Of a stretch of 64,000 bases of DNA, positions 45,254 through 55,259 are shown piece by piece; position 1 is the first letter of the stretch; every line of letters starts with the position of its first letter. The translations under genes were made by a program, and so were the position numbers. Source of the DNA: a virus (Duplodnaviria > Caudoviricetes); the IMG/VR virus record IMGVR_UViG_3300028914_001625, positions 18,751 to 82,750 of that record, one strand, 5' to 3'. The notes beneath the pieces were generated by a model. It did not search any database and was not told where the DNA came from. It was given only the letters and a program-made list of their open reading frames with translations.

Positions 45254-46561
45254 TTACTTTTCCGATGCTGGACGGTGCTTTTCAATGAGAGGGTTAAAGA
45301 TTTCGTCAATGAACTCGCCGTTGAAGTACTTGTCTTCAAGCAAGTCATAAATCTGTCCAAGCAACTTCTTGTATTCATCAGGATTTTCCATCAAGAAACG
45401 AATACGGCTCCACATCTCATCAGGAGAAGTGACCTTACAGTAGTCAGGAAGTTCCTTAAACAAGTTGTCAGTGTCATAAGTGTTCTTGTCCCAGAACGGA
45501 ATGATGCCATAGTACATCATCTTCCAGACCTTCTGTGTAACGAAGTTCTTTCTGGACTTCATGAAAGAAGGAACGAATGTGAACTTTGCTTGCCACATCT
45601 TGTCTTGAATTTCAACGATGCCCTTCTTGATGAATGTTTCAGGATACTTTGCCTGAGCTTCATCGTCCCACTTACCATAGACCTTGCAGTGAGGAAGTTT
45701 CTTAAGAACCCAGTTCTCCAAGAATTCCAAACGGTCATAACCACCGTTCAATGTCAAGATGAACGGACTTGACTTCTGATATGTCTTACGTCCAACCTTG
45801 ATGTTGTCAGGATCTCTGAAGTCAACCTTGTTAAGTTTTCTCAAGAACCATCTTTCTGTCTTGTAGTACTTAAGAATGAACGGTTTCTTTTCATAAGTAT
45901 CAGGATCCTGTGTATAAGAATCCATACAAGACTGCTGATATTCAGCGTTGCATTGAGACAAGTTAAACTCTTCGTGGTGAATTACGTCAACGTCCTGAAC
46001 AGGAACATAACGAGGGTCTTCAATAATGTTATACCACGGGAACTTATACTTGTTAATCAAGTGACGCATCGGTCCGTTATACAAAGCAGCCATCATCAAG
46101 CACTGAGAGAACGAACCTTTCTTGTTCTTACAAGGAATGCCTTCGCCCATAACAGAAACTCGGGCATCTGGACCCTGCATGAAAATTCCAAGGTCAAACT
46201 TCAAGCCATGTGTCTCGACATACTCATCAAGCATGCGCCACGGTTCCTTTCCTGGGACCTTGTAAAGCATGTCTTCTGTATATCCCTTGACTCCAAAGTT
46301 ATACTTGGCTCCAATTTCTGCCTTTGCGGAGTTCCACACATCAACGATGTTCTCAGGAACTTCTTCTTCAGCGAAAAAGCCAGTGTTCTTTTCTTTCCAC
46401 TTTGTAAAGTCAGAAGCACCAAGAATATAGAATGTGTCGTTTGGGTGCTTCTTTGCAAGTTCAAGATAGACGATCTTTGGAGAATCGTCACCTGCATAAA
46501 TGGACCATGAACTTTCATCAAAGTACATGCTTCGTCCAAATTTGCCGATAGCTATGTTCAT
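45254..46561 (-). CDS. GT-B glycosyltransferase resembling T4 DNA beta-glucosyltransferase
   Basis: N-terminus MNIAIGKFG; C-terminus NFVTQKVWKMM...D..YDTDNL...VTSPDEMWSRIRFLMENPDEYKKLL parallels T4 BGT NFITLRVWETM...EFDTKH...VNNRAELIDRVNELKHSDVLRKEML. Confidence 0.65.
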   Translation of the reverse strand: MNIAIGKFGRSMYFDESSWSIYAGDDSPKIVYLELAKKHPNDTFYILGASDFTKWKEKNTGFFAEEEVPENIVDVWNSAKAEIGAKYNFGVKGYTEDMLYKVPGKEPWRMLDEYVETHGLKFDLGIFMQGPDARVSVMGEGIPCKNKKGSFSQCLMMAALYNGPMRHLINKYKFPWYNIIEDPRYVPVQDVDVIHHEEFNLSQCNAEYQQSCMDSYTQDPDTYEKKPFILKYYKTERWFLRKLNKVDFRDPDNIKVGRKTYQKSSPFILTLNGGYDRLEFLENWVLKKLPHCKVYGKWDDEAQAKYPETFIKKGIVEIQDKMWQAKFTFVPSFMKSRKNFVTQKVWKMMYYGIIPFWDKNTYDTDNLFKELPDYCKVTSPDEMWSRIRFLMENPDEYKKLLGQIYDLLEDKYFNGEFIDEIFNPLIEKHRPASEK

Positions 46562-46631
46562 AAATTTACTCCTTTTAAGCTCTTTAGATAAAATATAACA
46601 AATTATTTATGAGTTTAGCAGTTTGCTGAAA

Positions 46632-47342
46632 TTAAATTGTCCAATCAGATGAGCATCTTGCCCGTTCAAACTCCTTCATCATATTTTCTTGAAATAGATT
46701 ATGTTGTTTGATGGACAGTTCTCTGAGCTCATCAATCTGTTTTCTTATAGCCTGAAATTCTTCTTTATATCCTTTAATCTTGTTGGAAAAAAGCATTTCA
46801 TTTACCATTTTGACATCACGAATGTATCGCTTGATAGCACATATCGCCGGTTCAATGTCAAAGGCCAATTCATTCAGTTCTATTTTCGTAAGATGAAAGC
46901 CTACATGGTCAATGTCATACAGTCCAAACGGCGATGTTCGTTTTTCCCAAAGGTAATTGCTTATAGCGCCTCTTACGTCGTTAATCTTTTCCCACATAAT
47001 CCATTCGCCTTCAAGTTCAACACGTTCTTTACTGATTCTTTCATCTATGCAATGTAGATTAACTGCAAAAACTCTATCTTTCGTATCCTGACAAGGCACT
47101 CCCAGTTTTTCATAAAAGTCTCTTAATTCAGGAATGTCTTTCCAAGTGATTCCTCTAAAGACTGTTCCAATCCCACAAGGACTTTTATCCATTTCTGGAT
47201 GCAGCTCATGAAACTTACGGCGGTCTTCAAAGTCCATATCTTCTAACTGAAACTTCAATCTTTCAACTTCGTAAAGGTCAGTACCTAAAGCATCATCAAG
47301 TTTCTTGAGAACTTCCATTCCCGTCATTCTTTGTCTTTTCAT
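46632..47342 (-). CDS. hypothetical protein, array member, 236 aa
   Basis: ORF; ends KEFERARCSSDWTI. Confidence 0.8.
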   Translation of the reverse strand: MKRQRMTGMEVLKKLDDALGTDLYEVERLKFQLEDMDFEDRRKFHELHPEMDKSPCGIGTVFRGITWKDIPELRDFYEKLGVPCQDTKDRVFAVNLHCIDERISKERVELEGEWIMWEKINDVRGAISNYLWEKRTSPFGLYDIDHVGFHLTKIELNELAFDIEPAICAIKRYIRDVKMVNEMLFSNKIKGYKEEFQAIRKQIDELRELSIKQHNLFQENMMKEFERARCSSDWTI

Positions 47343-47344
47343 AG

Positions 47345-48241
47345 TTACTCCATAACATATTGGTTCTTCATCGCTTCATATCTGATAATGAATTTCTGAA
47401 GAAGAACGCAGTAGTACTTATAAACCATCATTGTGAATTCGTCTGGCGGAGCGCCGAACTTGATTTCACTTGGGTCATGTATCTTTCCACAAGAAGCGAA
47501 GAGATGAACTTTAGGAAAGATTCTGTTTCCTGACCAAGATGTCAAGAAGTCATCAGGATTTGCATCTATAACTTCCTCAATTCTCTTGCTCAATTCAATC
47601 ATCTTCGGGTCAAAGTAAAGATTTTCCACCATCTCCATTCGTTGACGATAGACGTTAATAGCGGCCTTTAGAGCCTCTTCTGTAACAACTGGATATTTGA
47701 TACAGTCAATCCCAAAGCCATGACGTAGCGCCCATCTAACCAGCTTCTCATCCGAACCAATGTCACTGTAATAAGTCCAAGTCTTGATGAGAGCGTCTAT
47801 ACCTTTGTCAAAGACCATGTCTCCGTTGCTGATGTAGTTGTTGGACATTAAAGCGGTCGGAACAGAGAATTCTGCAATGATGTGCTTGTCCTGAATAGAC
47901 GGGTCAGTGATAGACTTTCCTTCAAACGGACTTATATGATCATTCCCTGGACCATCATAGCTGACAGTCAACAAGTCAAGATAGGACTTGATTATTCCAT
48001 CCCACTTCTTGACGAACTTTTCTGTTACTTCATCAAGATCGCCTTGGTCAGCATGATATCTAAACGCATAATACTTACAAGGAGATTTATTCGTGACCGC
48101 ATGCCAGCCTGGGTTTCTGACGACCTGAGTCTGATAGAACTTTTTCTCAGGATCTGTAATGAGGTTCGTTTCTTTGAGAATACGAAGTAGCCCGCCTACT
48201 GTAAGACGGGTAGAAGTTTTAAAGACCATTGCATTCATCAT
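47345..48241 (-). CDS. hypothetical protein, 298 aa
   Basis: ORF with ATGA overlap. Confidence 0.8.
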   Translation of the reverse strand: MMNAMVFKTSTRLTVGGLLRILKETNLITDPEKKFYQTQVVRNPGWHAVTNKSPCKYYAFRYHADQGDLDEVTEKFVKKWDGIIKSYLDLLTVSYDGPGNDHISPFEGKSITDPSIQDKHIIAEFSVPTALMSNNYISNGDMVFDKGIDALIKTWTYYSDIGSDEKLVRWALRHGFGIDCIKYPVVTEEALKAAINVYRQRMEMVENLYFDPKMIELSKRIEEVIDANPDDFLTSWSGNRIFPKVHLFASCGKIHDPSEIKFGAPPDEFTMMVYKYYCVLLQKFIIRYEAMKNQYVME

Positions 48242-48909
48242 AATACATTATACTGTGCTTTTAGTGTTGTGAAGTCAATGAGCATTCTTCGCTCAAATTT
48301 GTTAAAGTTCTTTCTGATAAACTCTTTCTTGTCTTCTTCAGCCTTCAAGAGCTTATAGTCTGTAATGATATCCGGAAGTTTCGGGTTGTTCCACAAGTCA
48401 ATCGTATACTTATAGAAGAAACGGAAAACTTTCAAGTACCAAAGAAGTGCTGCCTTTTCTGTCTTAAAGCCAGAAGCGACTTTCGTCCATCCGCTTGCGC
48501 CGCCATTAAATTCATACGGGCTAGGTTCTTCATCAACAGCGACTGCTGTAAAGTCAGAGTCGCCGCCGGCGAAGAGTATCGGGGATCTTTCTTCTTTGAT
48601 GACTTCAGAGATGTATCTTTCAAAACCGACTGGCTTCCAGAGAGAAGTTGTGTTCACATAGATTTCTGAAACTTGATAGCCTCGTTCATCTCCAAGAGAA
48701 TACTGTGAACCCATAATGTCAAAGGTCTTACATTCAACGATGTTGATGTTTCCCATTGACCATTCAAAGATGTCTGTCTTATTCTTAAATAAGTCAGCGG
48801 TTGGGCCAAAGTCCTTAAGCGGAACTCTCGCATTCATGCTAAAGTCCGCTGGAAGTCTGGTCTTAAATCCAATTTCTTGTATCACATTATTAAACTCAGA
48901 AAGTAGCAT
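48238..48909 (-). CDS. hypothetical protein (MLLSEFNN...), 223 aa
   Basis: Start reassigned to ATG 48909 with AGGAG RBS. Confidence 0.78.
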   Translation of the reverse strand: MLLSEFNNVIQEIGFKTRLPADFSMNARVPLKDFGPTADLFKNKTDIFEWSMGNINIVECKTFDIMGSQYSLGDERGYQVSEIYVNTTSLWKPVGFERYISEVIKEERSPILFAGGDSDFTAVAVDEEPSPYEFNGGASGWTKVASGFKTEKAALLWYLKVFRFFYKYTIDLWNNPKLPDIITDYKLLKAEEDKKEFIRKNFNKFERRMLIDFTTLKAQYNVL

Positions 48910-50149
48910 TTTGTTCTCCTGGGATCTGCTGGCCTTCTGCACGAATGTCAGCAATTTTCTGAATCTTATCTTTTGCTCTATCAGCAAATGTTCTGAACTC
49001 GCTCATCTTTGCGTTGAACTGTTCTGCCATCTTAATGACAGAGTCAACATATTCATTCCATTCAGTAGCAATCTTTTCAAGTTTTTCCTTGAGTGTATTT
49101 AAAATACCAATCGCACTGTCAAGTTCAGTGAAGTGCTTGATTAAGTCAGTCTCGCCTTTATCAAGATATCTATGAATAAGAGCATCAGGCGACTCCTCAT
49201 AAGTATTGTAAGAGGCCTTTCTCTTATATGCTCTTTCAACCATCATAGCCACTTCTTCTGCAGGGTCCAACTTATTTGTGAATTCGTTTTCTTCCTTTCG
49301 GTTGACAATTTCTTCACAGTCACGACCGATGAAATAGCCACTTCTGAACTTGCTTATCACATGTTCTTCAGATGTACCGAAGTCGTGAAGAATGTTCTTG
49401 ATGACAGGAGCATGAATTCTGAAGTTCAAAACACCCCATTCGTCTCGCTGAATTTCAAAGAGAGTTCTGTAGCAGACTTCATCATACAACGAAGTACTGA
49501 TACGATTTCTTTTTGCTACTTCCTTCACTTTGTCAAGTTCAAACGGAAAGATGTCAAGCAAGTCAAGTTTGAATACCGGCTTATCAGTAATTTTGTTAAG
49601 TCTCTGAAGAGCTTCTTCATCAATATGATCCTTCTTCATTCTTTTCTCGATAGCAGGCCAGATATTCTTGAACATACGAAGTGTGTTGAAAACAACTTTA
49701 AGGTTCCATTCAGGACAGTTGATGTTGTTCTCACGAGACTTAGCCTTAGCCTCTGCCATTCTCTTTTCTGCTTCCTTGATTCTTTCGTAATAAGCGCGGT
49801 TCTTTTCATATTCCTCACGCTGCATACGAGCAAACTGCTCATAAGACTGAACATCGTTATAGCCAGTTGAGAACCATTGACCGTTCTTTTCATCATAGAC
49901 TCTTACATAGCTACCACCCGCAAGTGCTGGCTTGAACGCATCGTCATTCCAGTACTCGTAATAAGGCTGCGTGTATTCTTCTACTTCAGTACCGTCTGTT
50001 GAACCGTCATACTTGGAGATAAACATGCGTCCTGCCTGTGGACCCCAAGACGAGTTCTTGTCTATTTCTCTCTGTGCTTCATGCTTCTGGCACAAAGCAG
50101 CCGCATACTGTTCGTATAATGCTCTTTGTTCATCTCTTTTAATAGGCAT
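48896..50149 (-). CDS. hypothetical coiled-coil-rich protein, 417 aa
   Basis: Long ORF with GAGG RBS. Confidence 0.8.
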   Translation of the reverse strand: MPIKRDEQRALYEQYAAALCQKHEAQREIDKNSSWGPQAGRMFISKYDGSTDGTEVEEYTQPYYEYWNDDAFKPALAGGSYVRVYDEKNGQWFSTGYNDVQSYEQFARMQREEYEKNRAYYERIKEAEKRMAEAKAKSRENNINCPEWNLKVVFNTLRMFKNIWPAIEKRMKKDHIDEEALQRLNKITDKPVFKLDLLDIFPFELDKVKEVAKRNRISTSLYDEVCYRTLFEIQRDEWGVLNFRIHAPVIKNILHDFGTSEEHVISKFRSGYFIGRDCEEIVNRKEENEFTNKLDPAEEVAMMVERAYKRKASYNTYEESPDALIHRYLDKGETDLIKHFTELDSAIGILNTLKEKLEKIATEWNEYVDSVIKMAEQFNAKMSEFRTFADRAKDKIQKIADIRAEGQQIPGEQNATF

Positions 50150-50151
50150 GT

Positions 50152-51345
50152 TTATTCCTCACAGATAAATTCTTTTGCTGAACTTGTAATTTCAGTCATT
50201 CTTCTAATCTTCTTACAGACCTGCTCCTTGAACGCTTTATTTTCTCTTTGCATTTCAGTCAATTTTGCAGCTCTTGCATCAATCTCCGCGATGTTCTTTT
50301 TAATCGTTTCAGAATTGAAGTAAGAAAGATTATAGTCAACATATTCCTTTATGTACTTTTCAAATCTTGCTTTAAATTCATTCATTGATGTATCAAGAAT
50401 GCGTGTAACGCCGTGGTCAGTGCCTTGCCAGTTGAATTTTCTATACTCTGCTGCATCACCTCGCCAGACAGGATGTACTTCATACGGATCTCTTGTCTTG
50501 ACAACGATAGACTTTACATATCCTTGATTATGCTGGTTAATTCTTGACTCAATGTCATGAGCACAAGTCCAGTCAGTGACCTTACCAGCCTTATGACGCT
50601 TAACCGCATAGATCTTCTTGCCTACGCGAAGGAAGTCAAGCAAATGTTGGCTCATAAGTACATTGTTACCGTCTGCATTTCTTAAAGACTCTTTTCCGAA
50701 TCCAATTGCAGTTCCGTCAAACAAGTGACGTATGATACCTATAAGCAATGCGTCGTCATTATCAGAATCTGTAAAATCTGTTCCTACATGGTTGTATTTC
50801 TCCATGAACATGTAGTATTCTTCATCTTCAAAAATCAACTTGTTTCTTACAAAGCCAAGCATGATAAGCGGAAGGGCACCCCTCCCAGTTTCTTTCGGAC
50901 CAATCGTTTTCTCAATATCCGGAAGTTCATGCGGATAGATGTAAACCAAAACTCCATCTGCATTACACGGAGCAACTCCGTTATATCTTTCTTTGAACGA
51001 AGTAGAGACTCTGTATTGAGAAATAAGTTCAGCGAAAGTAAAGCAGCCTTCTTGTCCACAAAGCGTGTACCCAATGTCCTTAGACTTAAGATAATTAAGA
51101 ACTTTCCTCAAAGTAATGAAGTCATTCTTTTCAAAGCCAGACCAGATAGAAACACTCTCGTTCGCTACTCTGTCAATGAATTGCTGTTCAATTCTTTGCA
51201 TAGCATACTTTGCAGAAATTGCTTTATACTCTTCACTGCCTTGCTCAATCATATACTGCCTTATCTTATCTTTCTGTTCATTAAGAACTTTTTCAAAGTT
51301 CGCTCTTGCTTTATTTCTTACAGTATTATTCATTAGCGGTCTCAT
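50152..51345 (-). CDS. hypothetical protein, array member, 397 aa
   Basis: Ends KKIRRMTEITSSAKEFICEE. Confidence 0.8.
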   Translation of the reverse strand: MRPLMNNTVRNKARANFEKVLNEQKDKIRQYMIEQGSEEYKAISAKYAMQRIEQQFIDRVANESVSIWSGFEKNDFITLRKVLNYLKSKDIGYTLCGQEGCFTFAELISQYRVSTSFKERYNGVAPCNADGVLVYIYPHELPDIEKTIGPKETGRGALPLIMLGFVRNKLIFEDEEYYMFMEKYNHVGTDFTDSDNDDALLIGIIRHLFDGTAIGFGKESLRNADGNNVLMSQHLLDFLRVGKKIYAVKRHKAGKVTDWTCAHDIESRINQHNQGYVKSIVVKTRDPYEVHPVWRGDAAEYRKFNWQGTDHGVTRILDTSMNEFKARFEKYIKEYVDYNLSYFNSETIKKNIAEIDARAAKLTEMQRENKAFKEQVCKKIRRMTEITSSAKEFICEE

Positions 51346-52033
51346 ATTCTTCGCTCGCTCTGTTAATCTTGTATCTTCTAAATTCTTTTTCAGTCTGCTT
51401 AATGTGCTTAATGTACTTCACAATGAATTCTCTCATGACGGGGCGATAGTCAAGATGGAAGTAAGAACAAACTCTCATAAAGTCTCTCGGATCTTCCAAG
51501 AACTCGACTTCAAGAGGATGCAAGACTTTATCTGCATACTTTCCATCAATGATGTCAACATCACGAATCTCTGAAGTTTCATAACCTACAAGCACATCTG
51601 ACGTTTCCTCTTCATACACGGGAAGGATAAGAAGATAAGGAGTCATGTTCATAGGATTTCTGTTGTTATCTGGAAACAAGACTCTTTCATTTCTATCTCT
51701 TGTGTCGTTATACATCTGATTATTGACATACACAGAAAAGAGAATATCATACGAATCATTAAACCAAACGGAACTTTCAAGCGTGAACGAGAATGTATCT
51801 GTGTAAGAACCAGAAGCACGGTTACGCTTAAGACCGTTTTCAGTCAGAATGTCCATGATGTCCTTGATAGCATAAGTAGGCTGAACCTCTGGAACAATCT
51901 TAATCAAATTTTCCCAGTTCTTACATACCGAAACATTATGAAGAGCTTCATTGATGTCTTCATCGTCTATTTCATGCCAGTCAGTGACAATTCTTTTTCT
52001 GTCACAGCAAAGTGGTGCGGGTACTGTCATCAT
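51326..52033 (-). CDS. hypothetical protein, array member, 235 aa
   Basis: Ends KEFRRYKINRASEEYETANE. Confidence 0.8.
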   Translation of the reverse strand: MMTVPAPLCCDRKRIVTDWHEIDDEDINEALHNVSVCKNWENLIKIVPEVQPTYAIKDIMDILTENGLKRNRASGSYTDTFSFTLESSVWFNDSYDILFSVYVNNQMYNDTRDRNERVLFPDNNRNPMNMTPYLLILPVYEEETSDVLVGYETSEIRDVDIIDGKYADKVLHPLEVEFLEDPRDFMRVCSYFHLDYRPVMREFIVKYIKHIKQTEKEFRRYKINRASEEYETANE

Positions 52034-52494
52034 ACTTTATACTCCTCAGAAGCACTGTTAATCATCTTGCGTCTGATTTCATTTTCCATCGGCTTAATCT
52101 TTTTGTAAAGCACATCAAACTGATGTTTTACTTCTTCAAAGAACTGATCTTTGTCATTAATGTGCATTAAGATTTCATGTGATAAAAAGTCGTCATCAAG
52201 ATGAATGGACAGTTTATCTTTTTCATCCCAATAAGTATCTACATAAGGATGAAGAAAAAGATAAATCGCTGGAGCCACATGTATAGAATTCTGTCTCCTA
52301 AACATGGCAGCTATTGAACTTGTGTGATTGGGAGAAACCATTCTTGAATTGGGCAAGAATAGATGATATGCAGAAGAATCTCTTCTTTTCGCAAGTGCTG
52401 GATAATTTTCCTCTGTTACATATACAAGGTTACATTCATTCACGAGGAAGTCAATCATCTTATGTTCGTCAAAAATGAATTTACTATACAGCAT
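52030..52494 (-). CDS. hypothetical protein, array member (MLYSKF...), 154 aa
   Basis: ATG 52494 with GGAG RBS; ends NEIRRKMINSASEEYKV. Confidence 0.8.
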   Translation of the reverse strand: MLYSKFIFDEHKMIDFLVNECNLVYVTEENYPALAKRRDSSAYHLFLPNSRMVSPNHTSSIAAMFRRQNSIHVAPAIYLFLHPYVDTYWDEKDKLSIHLDDDFLSHEILMHINDKDQFFEEVKHQFDVLYKKIKPMENEIRRKMINSASEEYKV

Positions 52495-53119
52495 AGTCTT
52501 CTCCAGTAGCCATGATTTCTGCTTTTCTGTTTTCAATTTCAACTCGCTTTACCTTTTGAATGATCTCACTCAAAAGTTTGATAAGCGCTTCTTTAAGATC
52601 TTGATGCGCGTAATACCTATCCTGCTGTGTACCACGTAACAGTCTTTGCATTTCCCACTTGTCTTTAAAGTACTCAATGTCTTTTTCACTCATACGCTCA
52701 AAGACTGTGACTGCATTTCCATAACTTTTAGGTTTTTCTTGTCTTGCGCTTTCAATGTCATTCATGTAATAGACTGTGTGCATGTCAGCGTAGTTGTCTC
52801 TGTCATGACGATGCTCAATGCAAAGATTCGGATAGAAATCACTTGTCAAAGGCACATCATTCTTAACATCATTTACTGTATAAGATTCAGTTATGATGAC
52901 TGCTTTGTTCGTCATGATGAGTTCTTCTCTGTCTGAACTCTTCGCATAATAGCTACTATTGTCAAAGATCTTAGACGGAATTAAAAGATACATCGTATAA
53001 AGGCGACATTCACTTGTTGAATTATATGCCTCTTTGACGTGAACTTCACATCCGCTTTCTTTCGCTATCTTAAGCCATTCATGATAGGAAAATTCTAACT
53101 GAAACTCATGTTGCGTCAT
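52484..53119 (-). CDS. hypothetical protein, array member (MTQHEF...), 211 aa
   Basis: ATG 53119 with AGGA RBS; ends IENRKAEIMATGEDYAV. Confidence 0.8.
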   Translation of the reverse strand: MTQHEFQLEFSYHEWLKIAKESGCEVHVKEAYNSTSECRLYTMYLLIPSKIFDNSSYYAKSSDREELIMTNKAVIITESYTVNDVKNDVPLTSDFYPNLCIEHRHDRDNYADMHTVYYMNDIESARQEKPKSYGNAVTVFERMSEKDIEYFKDKWEMQRLLRGTQQDRYYAHQDLKEALIKLLSEIIQKVKRVEIENRKAEIMATGEDYAV

Positions 53120-53660
53120 AGGTTCCTGCACTTTTAGCGATAGCGTGTTTCTTAATCTTCTTTTCAACGGACTTAATGTCTCGCATAACAACATCGAGTC
53201 TGTTTATCAATGTCTGCTTCATCTTATCAACGTCGGAATGAACGTAAAGACAATAATCTGCCCAAGTGTTCGGTTCACTGCCTAAGTTGAAAGAACCTGA
53301 GTACATAGTGACATCAGCGCCTCTAGCAATCTTGTTAAGTCTTCTTACTCTTGCAAGAAAACCAATCTGAATCTTGATGACGCCTCTTACATAGTCAAGT
53401 TCAACAAGTCCAGTGTTGTCTCTATCCCTCTTGGGATACTTAGGTTGGTTGACGAGCGGTCCGTTGTAAGAGAACATAATGTGTTTTCCAGTTTCACCGC
53501 CCCAGAGACCTATAGAGACTAAGTCAGTTCTTTCAAGTCCCAATGATGAAGCATAGTCAGCCAAAGCATCAGCGACCATTCTGAACTTAGTCTTCGTAAT
53601 GTCATTTACTTGAATGACACCTGACTTTGTCTTCCATTCTTCAATAATTTTGTCAAACAT
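53106..53660 (-). CDS. hypothetical protein, array member (MFDKII...), 184 aa
   Basis: Ends KKIKKHAIAKSAGTYDAT. Confidence 0.8.
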   Translation of the reverse strand: MFDKIIEEWKTKSGVIQVNDITKTKFRMVADALADYASSLGLERTDLVSIGLWGGETGKHIMFSYNGPLVNQPKYPKRDRDNTGLVELDYVRGVIKIQIGFLARVRRLNKIARGADVTMYSGSFNLGSEPNTWADYCLYVHSDVDKMKQTLINRLDVVMRDIKSVEKKIKKHAIAKSAGTYDAT

Positions 53661-54057
53661 GATACTGCTCACTTGCTTTTCTAATAAGTTTCCGTTTTTC
53701 TAAAATTTCTTCTTCTTTCTTGCGCTTCATAACAACATCAATCAGAAAAGAATGAAGTACTCTTTCAGTCAATCCTTTAATTTTCCAATCAAGATAGTTG
53801 CCAGCACTTCTGTCAAACTCAAAGTTCTTAATATGTTCTTTACCACCGCCAAAGAAAGCAAATTTGTCAATGATTTTACTAGTATCATTACTGAAACTTT
53901 TCCAAGTAACTCCCATGAACGGGTGCGAATCATACTTCTTAGGTGATGCTGGGTCAAAGACACTTTCATCAAGCATGTACCACCAATAAAGATCATTTGA
54001 CACTTTGAAGATAGGAAAGTTTCCATCTACATACCAAATCAATCCGTTAAGCGTCAT
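53653..54057 (-). CDS. hypothetical protein, array member (MTLNGL...), 134 aa
   Basis: Ends LEKRKLIRKASEQYHV. Confidence 0.78.
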   Translation of the reverse strand: MTLNGLIWYVDGNFPIFKVSNDLYWWYMLDESVFDPASPKKYDSHPFMGVTWKSFSNDTSKIIDKFAFFGGGKEHIKNFEFDRSAGNYLDWKIKGLTERVLHSFLIDVVMKRKKEEEILEKRKLIRKASEQYHV

Positions 54058-54448
54058 ATCTTTTTGCTGTGGCATCTATGAATTCCTTCTTTGCTTTCTT
54101 CTCAAGCTTTCTCTTATCTTGCATTGTCAATTCAAGCAAATTCTTCAATGTCGTTTCATCTAAATCAATGATTTCAGTTTCTCTAATACTGTCGCCGCCT
54201 GGCTTCGCCTTGAAAATAGCACGGTATTCAAAATTTAACTTCGTTGTGTCAATGAAGTATATACTTCCAAGATTATCTCCCCACTGATCTGTCCAGTCAA
54301 AATCAATGAATATGTGCATCACAGGTCTTTGCTTTGATTTATCTTCAAACATGTATTCATCAACGTCAAAGTAAAAAGTGAAGTCCTGAGTCATATCCAA
54401 TTCAGGATAATTATCAAGAACATAATCAATCATTTCCTGAAACGTCAT
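54047..54448 (-). CDS. hypothetical protein, array member, 133 aa
   Basis: Ends KKAKKEFIDATAKRYDA. Confidence 0.8.
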   Translation of the reverse strand: MTFQEMIDYVLDNYPELDMTQDFTFYFDVDEYMFEDKSKQRPVMHIFIDFDWTDQWGDNLGSIYFIDTTKLNFEYRAIFKAKPGGDSIRETEIIDLDETTLKNLLELTMQDKRKLEKKAKKEFIDATAKRYDA

Positions 54449-55160
54449 AATCTAAACCAGCCATCTTTACTTCATTCTTTCTAATCAAGTTGCTGTAACG
54501 ATGCCAAGAGCTAATCAGATTCTTAAACATCACTTCAACTTTGTTCGGGTTCATTCTTGTAACATTTTCCATCTGAAGCGGATAATCAGGTTCCGACCCA
54601 GGTTCTACATCAAAGCAGCCATAGTAGGCACCCTTGACCCAATGATACTTGTCTGTCTTAAGGAATCTTTTGTAAATCCCATCAGTAGTCAAAGGGTAAG
54701 TTCTAAACAGCAAGAAACTTGCATTATAGCAAGGTCTGAAGGAAGCGATAGTAACTCTCGTTGACTTAAAGACCGGTTCATATCGCTTGAACATTTCTTC
54801 ATCAGTTCCAACGAACTTTGGCGGTCTTCCAATACGGTGAGACATCAACTTTTCTTCATTGTCCTTGACATGCCAGAAGTTATAGAACTCGCCTACCCAA
54901 TTGATAGTCGCTTCAGGAACTTCATCAGTACCCATTTCCCATCCCGGGAAGTATTCATCAAGTTTTTCCTTGGTGAAATACGCCTTTGAGGAAGTAGCGT
55001 GATAAACATTTTGGTTGAATGTGTAATCAGAGATAGTAGGAGTAAGACCGTTGCTTCTAAGCAATTCACTTATCCACATTACACAATCTTTCCTAGGAAT
55101 GTCACAAATTTCGCTTTTCCAATCTTCGGGTTTTAAAAATCTTTGATAGAGGTATTCCAT
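54426..55160 (-). CDS. hypothetical protein, array member, 244 aa
   Basis: Ends LIRKNEVKMAGLDYDVSGND; first gene after the promoter at 55183-55211. Confidence 0.8.
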   Translation of the reverse strand: MEYLYQRFLKPEDWKSEICDIPRKDCVMWISELLRSNGLTPTISDYTFNQNVYHATSSKAYFTKEKLDEYFPGWEMGTDEVPEATINWVGEFYNFWHVKDNEEKLMSHRIGRPPKFVGTDEEMFKRYEPVFKSTRVTIASFRPCYNASFLLFRTYPLTTDGIYKRFLKTDKYHWVKGAYYGCFDVEPGSEPDYPLQMENVTRMNPNKVEVMFKNLISSWHRYSNLIRKNEVKMAGLDYDVSGND

Positions 55161-55182
55161 TCTTAAGTTCCTTGTTTTTCAA

Positions 55183-55211
55183 AATATAACAAATTTTCTT
55201 AAAACTGTAAA
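55183..55211 (-). promoter_or_regulatory. sigma70-type promoter (TTTACA-17-TATATT)
   Basis: -35 at 55206-55211, -10 at 55183-55188. Confidence 0.75.
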
Positions 55212-55259
55212 TACCATCTGTCAGAAATTCTTACAAATCTTTCTAAACAAAATAAGAAA

